Shown here in pieces: positions 45,255-54,699 of a stretch of 56,038 nt of DNA. The DNA comes from Ignavibacteria bacterium. GTDB taxonomy: Bacteria; Bacteroidota; Ignavibacteria; Ch128b. Positions within the stretch are counted from its first letter, which is position 1; the number at the start of each line of letters is the position of its first letter. The stretch is from positions 1 to 56,038 of the forward strand of contig JBNAWO010000002.1 in NCBI GenBank assembly GCA_049699815.1, given 5' to 3'. Both the position numbers and the translations under genes were made by a program. The notes under the pieces were generated by a model. The model was not told where the DNA came from, did not search any database, and was given only the letters and a program-made list of their open reading frames with translations.

Positions 45255-45302
45255 AGTTTATTGAAAAGTATTTGATTAAAGGTTTGAAAGATTAATATGA
45301 AC

Positions 45303-45330
45303 AGGCTGAGATTTCTCAGCCTTTTTATTT
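45303..45330 (+). terminator. Rho-independent terminator after nuoI
   Basis: The stem is aggctgag (45303-45310) paired with ctcagcct (45315-45322), with loop attt, followed by TTTTTATTTT. Confidence 0.8.
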
Positions 45331-45851
45331 TAATAACTCATCGGATTGAATTCGGATCATTTTGATTTGACTAATTTCTGACTTTGTTTGTGGCTTTATT
45401 AGGAATGATTATAGAAAAAATTTTAAATCATTTAAATGGAATTAATTGAAAAAGGTTGTCATTATTGCAATGCTGAATTACTGGTTCAGTTTATTTTTTT
45501 CTCACTATGATGAAGATAAAATTTCTCATCTTGAAAGACTTGAATTTGATTAGCTCCAAAATTTTAATCAGTGAAATGAATGACAAATGATATTTACAAT
45601 TTTTAATGACTTTGTTTAATACTCTATCAAAAAATTAGTGTAGATATTGAATAGTGCCTTTTATATTTAAAAATAAAAATTGAATTCTGTTTTTATGCTT
45701 GAGTTTTAAAAAAGATCAGAGAGAATAAATCAGTATGATTTTGCTCTTATCTATTTCTTCATTTTTTAATAATCCTTGAATTTCTAAAAAATTCGTAATC
45801 TCTTTATCTTATAATCAGAAAAAATGTCTAACTAATCAGGTAAAATGCTCT

Positions 45852-46271
45852 ATGAAAGTTGTAACAGACAAAATTGAATTAAATACTCGTGGAAATCCAG
45901 ACATAATTGACATCACAACAAAAGTTCAGGAAGTCATAACGAAAAGCGGTTTAAAAGAAGGAAATGTTCTTGTTTTTGCAGTCGGTTCAACGGCTGGAAT
46001 AACAACAATTGAATATGAACCAGGACTTTTGAAAGATTTACCAGAACTTTTCGAGAAATTAATTCCATCCAATCGACCTTATCATCACGATAAAACCTGG
46101 GGAGATGGAAACGGTTATGCTCATTTAAGAGCTTCAATGCTTGGTGCTTCGATTCAAATCCCATTTTCAAAAGGACATTTGTTGCTGGGTACTTGGCAAC
46201 AAATTATTTTTATCGATTTTGATAATCGTGCAAGACAAAGAAAAATTATAGTTCAAATAATTGGAGAATAG
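45852..46271 (+). CDS. yjbQ: YjbQ/UPF0047 family protein (secondary thiamine-phosphate synthase-like)
   Basis: It is 139 aa. The pattern NAYAHLRASMLGAS...IPF..G.L.LGTWQQI.F.DFD matches the family. Confidence 0.8.
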   Translation: MKVVTDKIELNTRGNPDIIDITTKVQEVITKSGLKEGNVLVFAVGSTAGITTIEYEPGLLKDLPELFEKLIPSNRPYHHDKTWGDGNGYAHLRASMLGASIQIPFSKGHLLLGTWQQIIFIDFDNRARQRKIIVQIIGE

Positions 46272-46273
46272 GA

Positions 46274-47410
46274 ATGAAAAAATTAATCACAATAAGCTTA
46301 TCGTTGTTTCTTTTATTTTTTGTTGTTAATGAAATATTTGGCTGGGGTAGTGTTGGCCACAGCATCATCAATCGTAATTCCACAAAACATTTTCCGCAAT
46401 CTATGATTGGTTATGCCAGCTGGTCAGAATTTTTGGCTCAACATGCCTCCGATGCAGATTATCGCAAAAGTTCTGATCCAACTGAAGGCAATAAGCATTT
46501 CATTGACATTGATAACTATCAGGAATTTTTTACTGGAAATTTCCCATACTCAATTGATACTTTGATCAGTCGATATGGCTGGGATTATGTATGGCAACAG
46601 GGGATTTTACCATGGGCTACAAAAGCCACAGTTGATTCTCTAACAGCAGCATTGAATAGAAAAGATTGGCAAAGAGCAAAACTACTTGCAGCTGATCTTG
46701 GGCATTATATTGCCGATGGTCATCAACCGCTTCATGTTACACGAAATTATGATGGACAATACACTGGTCAGAGAGGAATTCATTCAAGATATGAAACTCA
46801 AATGATCAATAGATATCAAAGTGAAATCTCAATTTCAACCGAAGGGATTGCTTATGTACATGATCCACTTGATTTTATCTTTGATTATCTGTTTGAATCT
46901 TATACTTACTTAGATGATGTATTAAGAGCTGATAGTATCGCCAGATCAGTTGCGGGAAATACTACCAGCGAGACTTACTATTCAACACTCTGGAATTATT
47001 CTCAGAGCTTTACTAAATATCTTTTTCAAAAAGCAAGTGTTCGACTTGCATCTTTAATTTATACTGCCTGGATTAATGCAGGTAGTCCAGAACTCCCTCA
47101 GACACTTGTTGAAGAATTGAGTTTAATCCCAACTAAAATTACTCTTTATCAGAATTATCCAAATCCTTTCAACTATTCAACTCAAATTAGATATTTCATT
47201 CCAAAAGATTATGTTGGAAAAACTTTAACTTTTAAAGTTACTGATACACTCGGAAAAGAAATTACATCAACTAAGAATCAGATTAATTCCGATGGCTATC
47301 ATCAGATAGAGTTTGATGGAAATTATTACAAACTGAGCTCTGGAACTTACATTTACACAATTACAATTGGAGATTATTCAGAATCTAAAAAGATGGAGTA
47401 TATTAAATGA
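46274..47410 (+). CDS. S1/P1 nuclease-like (zinc phospholipase C/P1 fold) secreted protein with a T9SS C-terminal sorting domain
   Basis: Signal peptide cleavage is predicted to expose WGSVGH, an N-terminal Trp as in P1 nuclease and zinc PLC. The block LGHYIADGHQPLH resembles the HF(V/I)GDxxQPLH zinc motif. The C-terminus is LYQNYPNPFNYSTQIRYFIP...YIYTI. Confidence 0.55.
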   Translation: MKKLITISLSLFLLFFVVNEIFGWGSVGHSIINRNSTKHFPQSMIGYASWSEFLAQHASDADYRKSSDPTEGNKHFIDIDNYQEFFTGNFPYSIDTLISRYGWDYVWQQGILPWATKATVDSLTAALNRKDWQRAKLLAADLGHYIADGHQPLHVTRNYDGQYTGQRGIHSRYETQMINRYQSEISISTEGIAYVHDPLDFIFDYLFESYTYLDDVLRADSIARSVAGNTTSETYYSTLWNYSQSFTKYLFQKASVRLASLIYTAWINAGSPELPQTLVEELSLIPTKITLYQNYPNPFNYSTQIRYFIPKDYVGKTLTFKVTDTLGKEITSTKNQINSDGYHQIEFDGNYYKLSSGTYIYTITIGDYSESKKMEYIK

Positions 47411-50223
47411 GATTGAAAATAATTTTTGCTTTCATAGTTTTCATTTTATTTGCAACTGAGTCCTTCTCACAGGTTTTGCAATGGACACCTTACTTTGCAA
47501 CAAGAAACGATGTAATAACAATAGACTATGATGTGACAAAAGGTAATGGTGCATTAATTGGTGTTTTTCCAATTTATGTTCACACTGGCGTAATTACAAA
47601 TTTAAGTCGCCATCCAAATGATTGGCGTTATGTTAAAACAACCTGGGGCTCACCAGCAAATCAACCACCAATTCAATACATAGGTAATAATATCTGGCGG
47701 ATTACAATTAATATCCCGCAATATTATGGGGTTCCAGACTCAGAAGATATCTTAAAACTTGCATTTGTATTTCGAAATGCAGATGGAAGTAAAGTAGGAC
47801 GCGATGCAGATGGAAGCGATATTTTCCTACCAATCTATAAACCTGGCTTGAATGTTCGTTTTTTGAATCCAGTTGAAAAAGGAACGATCATCAACACCGC
47901 ACAAAATTTTACAATGACTGCTGTCTCTGCCGGGTCTGTAAGTCTTAAACTTTACTTAAATGATTCTTTGATTGCCCAGACTGATACAAACTATCTTAGC
48001 CGAACGATGATGTTTTTCAACTATGGACGTTACAACTTAAGAGCAGTTGCAGTAGATAGCCTTGGGAACACAAAAGTTGATTCAAACTATTTTATTGTTA
48101 GATCACCAGTTCAAACTGCCCCACTTCCACCGGGAATTCAGGATGGAGTAAATGTAATTGATAGCAATACAGTTATTCTTTGTCTTTATGCACCTTACAA
48201 AAATTATGTTTATGTAATTGGAGATTTTACTAATTGGGAAGTTGATCCAGCTTTTTATATGAAAAGAACTCCTGATGGAAATAGATATTGGCTTCAAATA
48301 AATAATCTTAATCCCAATGAAGAATATGGATATCAATATTTCATTGATGGAAAGTTGAAAGTAGCTGACCCATTTACAGAAAAACTTCTTGATCCCTGGA
48401 ACGATCAATACATTCCTCCAAATGTATATCCAGATTTAAAACCTTATCCGTTTGGAAAAACGACTCATCTTGTTTCTGTCTTTCAGATTAATCAACCTCA
48501 ATACAACTGGCAAATGCCTTCTATTCCGAAACCACAAAAAACAGATCTCGTAATTTACGAATTACTTCTTAGAGATTTTTTATCATCCCATGATTATAAA
48601 ACACTTGCTGATACTTTGAACTACTTGAAGAAACTCGGTGTAAATGCAATTGAACTCATGCCCGTAAATGAATTTGAGGGAAACGAAAGTTGGGGTTACA
48701 ATACAACCTTCTATTTTGCGATGGATAAATATTATGGTACAAAAAATGACCTGAAGGCTTTTATCGATAAAGCTCATCAAATGGGTTTTGCTGTAATTCT
48801 GGATGTTGTTTTCAATCATAATTTCAGTCAGTCTTCATTGGTTAGAATGTGGTGGGATGAGGCAAATCAAAGACCAGCTTCAAATAGTCCCTATTTCAAT
48901 CCAATTCCAAAACATCCTTACAATGTTGGTTATGACTTTAACCACGAAAGTCCTGCAACCAAAGAATTGGTAACTCGTGCATTAAAATTTTACCTGCAAG
49001 AATACAAAGTAGATGGATTTAGATTCGATCTTTCAAAAGGTTTTACTCAAACAAATTCTGGCAGTGATGTAGGACTTTGGGGACAATACGATCAATCAAG
49101 AATAAATATCTTAAAACAATATGCTGATTCAATCTGGAAGTATGATTCTACAGCTTATGTAATTTTAGAACATTTTGCTGTTGATTCAGAAGAACAAGTT
49201 TTAACGAATTATGGAATGTTAAGCTGGGGCAATATGAATTACAATTACAACGAAGCGACAATGGGCTGGCACGATGGCGGAAAATCTGATTTCACCAGAG
49301 TCTCGTACAAAGCTCGTGGATTTTCTAAACCACATCTTGTCGGATATATGGAAAGTCACGACGAAGAAAGATTAATGTATAAAAATCTTATGTATGGGAA
49401 TTCGAGCGGAAGTTATAATATTAAAAGCTTACCAATTGCACTTGAAAGGATAAAACTTGCCGGATCATTTTTCTTTACTGTTCCAGGTCCAAAAATGATC
49501 TGGCAATTTGGTGAACTTGGCTATGATTATTCAATTGAATACAATGGTAGAACTGGTCCAAAACCAATTCGATGGGGTTACTTCCTTGATGCAAATCGAA
49601 ATAAACTTTATAGAACTTTTGCAACTTTAATTAATCTTAAAAAGAGCTACGATGTTTTTCGAACTTCTAACTTTACAACTGATTTTGGTGGTGCAGTCAA
49701 AAGATTCTGGTTGAACCACGACTCAATGAATGTTGCAATTGTTGGAAATTTCGATGTGGTTCAAAGAACTGTTACTCCTAATTTTCAACATACAGGTTGG
49801 TGGTTTAATTATTTTTACGGAGATAGTATAAATGTGACTAATACACAAATGACTATTACACTTCAACCAGGTGAATTTAGAATTTACACTACAAAAAAAT
49901 TACCAACTCCTGAACCAGGTTTACTGACATCTGTTGAATGGACTGATGAAATTCTTCCACAGAAATTTGAACTTTATCAAAATTATCCCAATCCATTTAA
50001 TCCTGTAACTCACATTGCTTATGATTTGCCCTTTGATACAAAAGTGCAATTAAAAGTTTACGATGTTCTTGGAAGAGAAGTCAGAACATTGGTTGATGAA
50101 TTTCAGAAAGCAGGAGTTCATCAAAAAACTTTTGATGCTTCTGATTTATCGAGTGGAGTTTACATTTACCGTATCATCACAGAACAATTTGTCAAAGAAA
50201 AGAAAATGTTATTTATGAAATAA
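47407..50223 (+). CDS. GH13 alpha-amylase-family glycoside hydrolase with an N-terminal E-set/CBM48-like domain and a T9SS C-terminal sorting domain
   Basis: The GH13 regions are GFAVILDVVFNH (I), VDGFRFDLSKG (II), ILEHF (III) and YMESHDE (IV), plus GVNAIELMPVNE. The C-terminus is LYQNYPNPFNPVTHIAYDLP...GVYIYRI. Confidence 0.85.
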   Translation: MRLKIIFAFIVFILFATESFSQVLQWTPYFATRNDVITIDYDVTKGNGALIGVFPIYVHTGVITNLSRHPNDWRYVKTTWGSPANQPPIQYIGNNIWRITINIPQYYGVPDSEDILKLAFVFRNADGSKVGRDADGSDIFLPIYKPGLNVRFLNPVEKGTIINTAQNFTMTAVSAGSVSLKLYLNDSLIAQTDTNYLSRTMMFFNYGRYNLRAVAVDSLGNTKVDSNYFIVRSPVQTAPLPPGIQDGVNVIDSNTVILCLYAPYKNYVYVIGDFTNWEVDPAFYMKRTPDGNRYWLQINNLNPNEEYGYQYFIDGKLKVADPFTEKLLDPWNDQYIPPNVYPDLKPYPFGKTTHLVSVFQINQPQYNWQMPSIPKPQKTDLVIYELLLRDFLSSHDYKTLADTLNYLKKLGVNAIELMPVNEFEGNESWGYNTTFYFAMDKYYGTKNDLKAFIDKAHQMGFAVILDVVFNHNFSQSSLVRMWWDEANQRPASNSPYFNPIPKHPYNVGYDFNHESPATKELVTRALKFYLQEYKVDGFRFDLSKGFTQTNSGSDVGLWGQYDQSRINILKQYADSIWKYDSTAYVILEHFAVDSEEQVLTNYGMLSWGNMNYNYNEATMGWHDGGKSDFTRVSYKARGFSKPHLVGYMESHDEERLMYKNLMYGNSSGSYNIKSLPIALERIKLAGSFFFTVPGPKMIWQFGELGYDYSIEYNGRTGPKPIRWGYFLDANRNKLYRTFATLINLKKSYDVFRTSNFTTDFGGAVKRFWLNHDSMNVAIVGNFDVVQRTVTPNFQHTGWWFNYFYGDSINVTNTQMTITLQPGEFRIYTTKKLPTPEPGLLTSVEWTDEILPQKFELYQNYPNPFNPVTHIAYDLPFDTKVQLKVYDVLGREVRTLVDEFQKAGVHQKTFDASDLSSGVYIYRIITEQFVKEKKMLFMK

Positions 50224-50253
50224 AAATTCTTGATTAAAGACTTTGTTCATTTT

Positions 50254-50285
50254 AAAGGATGGAAATTTTCCATCCTTTCTTTTTA
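50254..50285 (+). terminator. Rho-independent terminator after the GH13 gene
   Basis: The stem is aaaggatgg (50254-50262) paired with ccatccttt (50270-50278), followed by CTTTTT. Confidence 0.7.
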
Positions 50286-50293
50286 TAAATTTG
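50286..50293 (+). promoter_or_regulatory. Candidate -7 box TAAATTTG
   Basis: It matches TAnnTTTG exactly. It sits immediately after the terminator and 29 nt upstream of the ATG at 50322. Confidence 0.35.
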
Positions 50294-50321
50294 AGGGAGA
50301 TTATTAAACAAACTTTACTTT

Positions 50322-51455
50322 ATGACTTCACGAGAGCGAATTATTTCAGCAATGAGCTTTGAATATCCCGATCGAGTTCCTGTTATGTGTCAGATGAGTA
50401 TCGGGCATATGCTTCAGCAATTGAAAGATATTTCACCGGTTGATTTCTGGTTTGATGCTGAAACTTTTGCTAATGGACTAGTTTATCTTAGAAAACTTTA
50501 TCAATTCGATGGAATTTTAGTCAGTTTGCATGGACATTTTAAAAATTGGAGAGAAATTTATAACCAAAGAGAAGCTCAGAATGATAAAGAAATTGTTTAT
50601 CTGGATGACATAAAGCTTGTTTTTACAAACGAAGATTTACCTTTTCCTGAATTTTCTGAAGAAAGAAAATTTCCTTCTATCGATGAAGTTGATCTTTCAA
50701 CTCTTCCTGATGAAATTGATTACATACCTGTCTCTGCAGGATTACATTTTAAGATTGACTTAAACAACAAATTCGAAATCTTTGATTTAATTTATGAGAA
50801 AGTCGGTGATGAGTTTTCGATTCACGGCGAAGTAACTTCTCCATTTGATTATTTGTTGGATTTGCTCCAATACGAAAATGCATTAATGGCTTTAATTGAA
50901 AATCCAGTTAAATGCAAAGAAATTCTTCAACATTTCACAAATGGGATATCCAAACTTGCTTCAGAAATGTGCGAAAAGCAAATCGATGCAATAAAAATTT
51001 CTTCACCTTTTGCTGGGGCTGGATTTATCTCGCCGCAATTTTATAAAGAATTTGTCCTACCATTTGAAGCACAAATCATATCCACAATCAAATCAAAAGG
51101 CAAGTTCGTTTATCTCCATACTTGTGGTGCAATTAACGATCGATTGGAATTAATGATTGAATCTGGCACATCCGGACTTGAATGTCTCGATCCAAAACCA
51201 CTCGGCGATGTTGATCTAATTGACGCAAAAAGAAGATTGGGGAAAAAAGTTTTTATCAAAGGAAATATCGACTCTGTAAACACACTATTATTTGGTGAAA
51301 TAGAAAAAATTATCAGAAATGTATCAGAGATAATTTCTGTTGGAAAACAGGGGAGTGGATTTATCTTGAGTACGGCTTGTTCAATTGCTCCAAAAGTACC
51401 TGCAAGCAATATTAAAATTCTGATTGATTTAGCTGAAAGATATGGTAAATATTGA
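50322..51455 (+). CDS. Uroporphyrinogen decarboxylase (URO-D) family protein, MtaA/CmuA-like
   Basis: It is 377 aa. It has the URO-D fold hallmarks: N-terminal PDRVPV, an HTCG block, and SGLECLDP. It lacks the HemE N-terminal RQAGR motif, so it is probably not HemE. Confidence 0.6.
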   Translation: MTSRERIISAMSFEYPDRVPVMCQMSIGHMLQQLKDISPVDFWFDAETFANGLVYLRKLYQFDGILVSLHGHFKNWREIYNQREAQNDKEIVYLDDIKLVFTNEDLPFPEFSEERKFPSIDEVDLSTLPDEIDYIPVSAGLHFKIDLNNKFEIFDLIYEKVGDEFSIHGEVTSPFDYLLDLLQYENALMALIENPVKCKEILQHFTNGISKLASEMCEKQIDAIKISSPFAGAGFISPQFYKEFVLPFEAQIISTIKSKGKFVYLHTCGAINDRLELMIESGTSGLECLDPKPLGDVDLIDAKRRLGKKVFIKGNIDSVNTLLFGEIEKIIRNVSEIISVGKQGSGFILSTACSIAPKVPASNIKILIDLAERYGKY

Positions 51456-51536
51456 TGAAGTAATCTTAAAGTTAAATTTTGATTTTATTAATTGGAGAAA
51501 ATAGTTATTTATTTCACACTCGACATTTAATTTTTT

Positions 51537-51567
51537 TCTCTCCGTCCCTGAAGAAGAGACGGAGAGA
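51537..51567. terminator. Intergenic 10-bp hairpin between convergent genes (putative terminator)
   Basis: The stem is tctctccgtc (51537-51546) paired with gacggagaga (51558-51567), flanked by a T7 run upstream. The U-tract geometry is not ideal on either strand. Confidence 0.4.
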
Positions 51568-51598
51568 ATTTGTTGAAAGTAATAGTAAAGCAATTGAT

Positions 51599-54280
51599 TT
51601 ACTTAATCAAAACCATCTTTTTAATGTCTGTAAATGTTTTTCCTCTAAGTGATTTTGCATTGAACCTCAAAAAGTAAATTCCCGAAGGCAATCTTAGATT
51701 TTGAGTACCGATTCCATTCCAAACTTCTTCATAATTACCGGCTTCATATATCTTAACAGGAAATTGATAAACTAATTCTCCGATTGAATTAAAAATTTCA
51801 ATTTTAACTTCAGATTTTTCAGGAATAAAGAATTTAAACTTTGTGGAAGGATTAAATGGATTTGGATAGTTCTGATATAATTTATAGTTATCAGGATAAT
51901 TTTTTTCTGCAGTCTCAACTGAAGTAAGGTTATAAGGCAACCAGCCAAGCAGTGATGGGAATATGTAATTATTGCCTCCACCAATTACCATAGTAAAGTA
52001 AACTCTATTTTCATCACTAACTGGATGAATTGACAGAGTTCCAGTATAAGAAGATCTATTGTAAAAATTGAAGGCATCGTAATTCATTAGATTGTATTCA
52101 ATCAGATTTGAAAAATCATTTGAAGAATTGCCATAGTAGAGCTTTGGAATCCCTTGATAGCCTGCAATTAAATGAATTATTCCGTTCTGATCTCTCGAAA
52201 TGTCGATGCTAAATTCATTTTGCGACATAGCCGTAAACGAGATCAACTTTCTTCGAAATATAAAATTATTTAAGCGGAACTTATAAAAATAATATTCGTG
52301 CTGCCCGTTATAGTAAGTATAATCAGTATTAAATATAAAGGCGTTGTTATTTTTGTCAACCTCAAAAACGGGTGGCCAGGTTCCTGTAAATGTAACATTC
52401 GATTTTGTGAAGTTTGAGTTGTAATTTCCAGAATACAGTGCATAGGTTCCGGAACCTACCTTTGCCAAAATGTAGACTGAATCAGTAGAGTTCGCTCTTA
52501 CATCAACAAAGAAATAAAAACTTCCTAAAATGGAATCAACCTGAATTGGATTTTGAAAATATCCCGGTGAATTATTTGTGTAGAATATTTTGTAATTATA
52601 ACTATATACAAAATGAACTATACCATACTTATCTATATCAATTCCGTGACGGTTATAGTTTATCGCAACTGTATCCTTACTTATAAATTGTTGTATCCAG
52701 ACACCAGGTGATGTTTCTTTGGTCAGATAATAACGTCCATAATCTTCCCGACCTGCGATAAATCTTGTTGTATCTCTTCTGATGGAAACCACGTGCATTA
52801 ACCCATTCCTATCAGTTTTAAATGTTTGAGGTCTGACGGATGGAGTTAACTGTGGAAAATCAATTTTAACTATTTCATTCTCTTTTAAATTACTTGTAAG
52901 TTTACCACTTTCGTAATTTATTGGGAAAAAATAAAATCTACCAGTATTTACATCAATGGAATCATATTGAGCAAGTTTCATGAAATAATTTTTGTTATTA
53001 CGCTTTAACCATTTTAGTGAGCTTCCCGCAGGGGTTTCATCATTGCCAGCTGTAAAAATGAACTCACTCTCAATGTTTCCGTTATTTAATCTCAAAATCA
53101 CTGAACCTACATTTAACATTTTTGTTGAATTAAGTTCATTTAGATCAGGGAAAAGAATGAATGCTTTATCAGAATTGAGACCATGTAGTAAAACATTATC
53201 TGTTGCATAATTCCATATTGGGAAACTTCTGTAAGTAAGTTTTTGCTCAGGTATGAGTATCTCTCGATAAGGGGAATTACCTGGTTGATTAATCGGTAAA
53301 TTAGAAGGGTTATAGACAGAATAGAATAATTGATTATTTATTTTTTTCAAAAGATGGAGATTGCCATAATTATCAATGTGACTTGCTCTCAATTCAAATA
53401 ATCCAAGACTGTAAGGGGTATAGGAAAATACATTGTTTCTGTACTTACCCCATAGCCACACTAATCGGTTATCATTATTATCTGCAATGGAAATTGGGAC
53501 AACAAGAAAATTATTATCATAAGTTCCGTGTATCTGGGAGCCTCCCCCCAATACAATCATTTCTCCGTTATTGGTGATTTTATACGTTCTGTATGCGGCA
53601 TAAAAAGTGTCTGGATCAACATATGGATCAAGAAAAATCCAGTGTCCATATGCTATATTTAAAAATAAATTTTTGTTTGCTGAATAGATGAAAGTTGGAT
53701 TCTCACTCTGGTAATAAGATAAATCAATAGTATTTACTATTTTATTTAAGTTAGAAGTATCAGGATTTATTAATTGTATCCATCTTAGTTCTGAACCAGG
53801 TACATAGAATCCTACACCAATTAAATAAGCATAGTTTATATATATTTGATTATCTGTAGTTCTAAGTACTCGAATATAACCATCACTTAACAAAAGTGTT
53901 TTTAATGAATCAAAATACACATTACTAACAGTACCATTTAAAGAGTTTATATAGAAAACCAGTGTACCCTGGCTGGAGACAGAAATTCCACCAATGTGTA
54001 TAGTTCCATTCAAATCAATATCAAAATCCCACATATCAATATTAAACGGAACAAAAGCAATGGGGATAGGTTCTGAAAGCTTATCATTTTGACTTTTTAA
54101 TGCATAAAATCTTCCATCAGCGCCAAGAGTGACAATAACTGGTAATCCTTGCGCATCAGATTTAACAATTGTAGTGACTGAATTTGTGTTGAGTTTCCCT
54201 GTCCCACCGATGTTAATTTGTTGAGATAAAGCTGTTGATATTAAAATGATGAACAATAGAGTAAAAAAATTTGTTCTCAT
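51599..54280 (-). CDS. Large secreted repeat protein of unknown function with a T9SS C-terminal sorting domain
   Basis: It has a signal peptide (ISTALSQQ). Five or six D-x-x-G-x-[ILM]-H blade-like repeats are present. The C-terminus is LYQNYPNPFNPSTKFKFFIP...GIYFLRF. Confidence 0.6.
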   Translation of the reverse strand: MRTNFFTLLFIILISTALSQQINIGGTGKLNTNSVTTIVKSDAQGLPVIVTLGADGRFYALKSQNDKLSEPIPIAFVPFNIDMWDFDIDLNGTIHIGGISVSSQGTLVFYINSLNGTVSNVYFDSLKTLLLSDGYIRVLRTTDNQIYINYAYLIGVGFYVPGSELRWIQLINPDTSNLNKIVNTIDLSYYQSENPTFIYSANKNLFLNIAYGHWIFLDPYVDPDTFYAAYRTYKITNNGEMIVLGGGSQIHGTYDNNFLVVPISIADNNDNRLVWLWGKYRNNVFSYTPYSLGLFELRASHIDNYGNLHLLKKINNQLFYSVYNPSNLPINQPGNSPYREILIPEQKLTYRSFPIWNYATDNVLLHGLNSDKAFILFPDLNELNSTKMLNVGSVILRLNNGNIESEFIFTAGNDETPAGSSLKWLKRNNKNYFMKLAQYDSIDVNTGRFYFFPINYESGKLTSNLKENEIVKIDFPQLTPSVRPQTFKTDRNGLMHVVSIRRDTTRFIAGREDYGRYYLTKETSPGVWIQQFISKDTVAINYNRHGIDIDKYGIVHFVYSYNYKIFYTNNSPGYFQNPIQVDSILGSFYFFVDVRANSTDSVYILAKVGSGTYALYSGNYNSNFTKSNVTFTGTWPPVFEVDKNNNAFIFNTDYTYYNGQHEYYFYKFRLNNFIFRRKLISFTAMSQNEFSIDISRDQNGIIHLIAGYQGIPKLYYGNSSNDFSNLIEYNLMNYDAFNFYNRSSYTGTLSIHPVSDENRVYFTMVIGGGNNYIFPSLLGWLPYNLTSVETAEKNYPDNYKLYQNYPNPFNPSTKFKFFIPEKSEVKIEIFNSIGELVYQFPVKIYEAGNYEEVWNGIGTQNLRLPSGIYFLRFNAKSLRGKTFTDIKKMVLIK

Positions 54281-54699
54281 TTTATTCCTCCTTTATTTTT
54301 TTGTTTAGATGCCCACGCACTTAAAACAACCTTCGCTTATGTAAAATTATTATTTTGAAAAAATTTTTTCAATAAAAATTATAAGACACTTTGGGGTAAA
54401 AGACTTTGTTTCTAATTTCTGAACATTAATATTAACTCATCACTGATAATGAAAGATTTCATAGACTCTGCTCTCAAGTAATCTTAAATCTTAAAGCAAT
54501 TAATTATGTAATCAGAAGCCGATCTCTAACAAAATAAAATTTATTTAAACTTCAATGTGTTGATCTCTCATCCAAAAAATTATTTAGCAATTAACTGACA
54601 TCATAAAAACTTAAAAATTATTTTATCTAAAATTTACCTTCTCTTAATAATTTCTTAACCGCCTGAGAATAGATTGTCAGCAAAACCACGGAGAAAAAA

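Noticed and set aside
45378-45390. A GACTTTGTT-like word recurs in four intergenic regions (about 45380, 45607, 50238 and 54399).
   Set aside because: It is short and T-rich, so chance recurrence is plausible. Its positions relative to genes are inconsistent: one copy lies upstream of a terminator hairpin and others are 250-470 nt from the next start. I cannot test significance without genome-wide counts.
45436-45510. A 24-aa ORF, MELIEKGCHYCNAELLVQFIFFSL, with one CxxC, in the long spacer.
   Set aside because: It has no convincing RBS and only half of a zinc-ribbon motif. Nothing distinguishes it from chance ORFs in AT-rich DNA.
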